A DNA stretch of 64,000 nt, from assembly GCA_965644295.1 (NCBI GenBank), contig CBFFRP010000239.1:62001-126000 (forward strand), written 5' to 3'. The notes beneath the pieces were generated by a model. The model did no database searches, was not told the origin of the DNA, and worked only from the letters and a program-made list of their open reading frames with translations. Source of the DNA: Paraphysomonas bandaiensis (taxonomy: Eukaryota > Protista > Chrysophyceae). The first letter of the stretch is position 1; each line of letters starts with the position of its first letter. Of this stretch, positions 61,369 through 64,000 are shown one piece after another. The translations under genes and the position numbers were made by a program.

Positions 61369-64000
61369 ATGGGGATAAAAGGACTCACGAAACTCCTCCA
61401 GTCTCTCCAGGAGCACATGACAGGGGAATACCTGCCTCCAGGCTCTCATCTGCTGATAGATGGAGCCGGATGGATGTTTTATCTCATTAAATGCATAGGG
61501 GATATGGGGCCCTCTCACAGGCTCGCAATATGTCGAGGCGGCGGCTACAGGCAGCTGGATAACCTCATCCGGTCAGAGTTAAGACGACTATCAGAGTCCA
61601 TGGGTCTATGTGTTGCTGTGTATATGGATGGAGGTAGCCATCAGATGAAACATATCACACAAGCGAAGAGAGACAGAGATAGAGATGACAAATGGATTTC
61701 TCTCATGCAACACTGCACTCAAGGGACCGATGTATCCCCCCGGGATATCCCCCTGCCATTGATGGTCTCTGATCAATTCGAAGCCACTCTGGTCGATATG
61801 GGTGTGGATGTCGTACGGTGCAGCGGTGAGGCGGATCAGTGTATTGCTAGAGATTGTTTGGCCTTGCTGGACGCCGGCTCGACTGCATTCTGTTACTCTG
61901 ATGATAGGTATGTGTGTTTTACGTGAATGCGTGAATGAAGATGACTTCATAAAACTTATGCAGCGACTTTGCTCTCATGCGAAGTGTACCCTTCATTCGG
62001 TTCAGCGAGTTAAGTGTTGTATGCTCTCCTGCCAAAGGCATGTCTAGCCGTGTGCATGTTTTCCGGCGCTCGCACACTGCAAGCCTATTAAACATGACAG
62101 AGGCGCAGCTAGTTGAACTTGGTATCCTCTCTGGGAATGACTTTACTGGGCATTTTGACCTCTCAGAGTACGATAACCTTGGCCGACCGCTCTCTAATAA
62201 GTACACTATAAACACCCTTCAGGCCATTATAAGAGAACAGGGCGAAAGATTTCAGTTGCATTCCAGCCGAGACACCCTCCAGCAGGCGATAGAGTTTTCA
62301 CGGGACTTCTATGAACTCCGGGAACTTGCAGGATATCCTTTTGATCCCTACAATAACTCGCAGGAAGTTAAAGCCATGACCTTGAGTCCGGATGAAAAAT
62401 GCAACCTACAGAAGTGGGTGGAGAAGTTAGGAGGTGCTAGGGCCGTATTATCCATCGGAATTGGACACGCAGTGGCCCTCTTGATGCGACATGTTCTAGA
62501 GAACACAAATTCTGTTGTGGGTGTGTTTTTAAAGGATTTTGTAGAGGAAAAATTTGTGTGTGCACTTGAAAGCATGCTGGAGAGCGATTATACAACTTGC
62601 GTCACACAGCCTGTTGAGTCAAGGCCTATCTGGCGAGAGGTGTTGTTTACTCATCACTACCAGCTTGTGTGCAAACACATCTTGCGCCTGTGTAAGCCAG
62701 TCATATTGCTGCTCGACGCCCCGCACAAGTATCGCTTGGAGGTATGTAGTGTTGTCCGTTATGTATTACCTTTATAGTCGCAATAACTGATGGAAATGTG
62801 TTCCTGTTCTACACAGCCGAAGGATTTATTCAATGAGAATTTATTTTACGCCGTTCTTAATGAAATTAAGTCGGAGTCCGCCATTAAAATGGAAAATCCT
62901 GGTCATCCTCTACAACAGCGTGTTCTAAATGAAGTAAGGCCGGAAACCCCTCCAGCTTCTATATTACACAACAAAGAAGACTGTGTAACAACTTCACAAC
63001 AGCAACAACAGGAAGGAATACGCGTGAAAGATGCACTTCCAATAGACTCCCATCGAAATGAAATTCTACAGCGGATAAACCAGAGCCGCGTAACTATCAT
63101 TCATGGAGAGACTGGATGTGGAAAGTCGAGCAGGGTTCCGTTAATGCTACTTCAGGATGCGGAACGGAAGGCTGTGCGATGTAAAATGATGGTGTCGCAA
63201 CCCAGGCGCATAGCTGCGAGCTCTCTCATGAAGCGTGTTCGAGGTGAAATTGGAGACAAGGTAATAAATATTATCTAGTTACGTATTAATCGCGTTATCT
63301 GTGCTCTATTGATACGTAGGTTGGATTGCGCATGGGGCATGGTGTCAGGGATGAATCAGGTCAGTCATATACAATCTGCTATCCTGTTTCAGCACTCAGT
63401 ATATACGTAGATAACACCAAAATATATTTCGTCACGACGGGCTACCTTGTACGTTTGCTGGCATACAATCCTGGTTTGTTTGATGGACATTCTCACATCA
63501 TAGTGGACGAGGTCCATGAACGGTCTGTGGATGGGGACGTTCTCTGTCTACTTGTGAAGCGCCTTCTTACCACAAACTTGCACATCAGGGTAGTATTGAT
63601 GTCTGCCACAATTCACACATCCCTCTATCAGGAGTACTTTGGGGCCGCGGATGCGCAGAATGGAAACCTAGAGTGTCTATCAGTAGGTCACAGACGCTTC
63701 CATATTAGTACACACTATGTCGAGGATCTCCATAAAATTGTACTGGGCAGACCAGAAATTAAAATTCTTGCTGATCGTGTTTTAAAGACTTGCGACAGAG
63801 TAAATGTTGAAGGAGGTATTGGGATTCAGTTTTTCAAAGACCAGAGTGCTCTAGCGGTGCAAATCGTCCACACCATAATTCAGCCTGGTACTGCAGTGCT
63901 AATATTCGTGTCTGGTATGTCGGATATTGTCGATTTAACAGAAAAGTTTGCGGGAATCGAACGATACAAAGTGTATGGCATTCACTCGGAAATTCCATTT
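61369..64000 (+). CDS. XPG/Asteroid-type PIN nuclease fused to a DEAH/RHA RNA helicase (3' incomplete)
   Basis: MGIKGL...LLIDG...YMDG...GEAD...SDDS|DF...GNDF, then GETGCGKS, SQPRRIAA, TTGYL, DEVHERS, MSAT, LIFVSG, HSE. Introns ~61908-61963, 62741-62817, 63261-63319 and 63359-63410 keep one frame. Confidence 0.85.

Noticed and set aside
1-64000. Alternative genetic code, non-canonical introns, introners, tRNA or rRNA genes
   Set aside because: Gene models use GT-AG and end at TAA, TAG or TGA; introns show no obvious mutual similarity; no convincing tRNA or rRNA found by eye.

Overview
Compact, intron-rich eukaryotic nuclear DNA of about 40% GC, with short GT-AG introns (mostly 40-70 nt) and the standard genetic code. 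Gene content and style suggest a stramenopile protist, possibly a chrysophyte-like alga; this is inference only. I could build 18 protein-coding genes by hand: ABCF3/GCN20, an F-box/ankyrin-repeat protein, a membrane-anchored JmjC protein, an orphan repeat protein, an NT-C2 coiled-coil protein, an Sfp-type PPTase, an ankyrin-MYND protein, a large multi-domain glycosyltransferase, a sulfotransferase-like protein, an ankyrin/EF-hand kinase, two tandem EF-hand paralogs, a dual-specificity phosphatase, a macrodomain/PARG-like protein, a GT8, a twin-CX9C protein, Nup58, and a PIN-nuclease/DEAH-helicase fusion that runs off the window. Intergenic DNA holds decayed Harbinger and MuDR transposase fragments, several foldback or MITE elements, dispersed repeats and a ~560 bp (TATG)n array. 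Top leads: (1) a JmjC enzyme whose iron-binding HxD is replaced by HxA, the signature of Fe/2OG halogenases, in the same region as a sulfotransferase and a PPTase; (2) a PIN-DEAH fusion with apparently intact catalytic motifs; (3) an asparagine-synthetase-like::GT77::GT2-like fusion; (4) a ~150 bp TIR element found four times, always in promoter regions. Exon coordinates were read by eye and may be off by a few bases.
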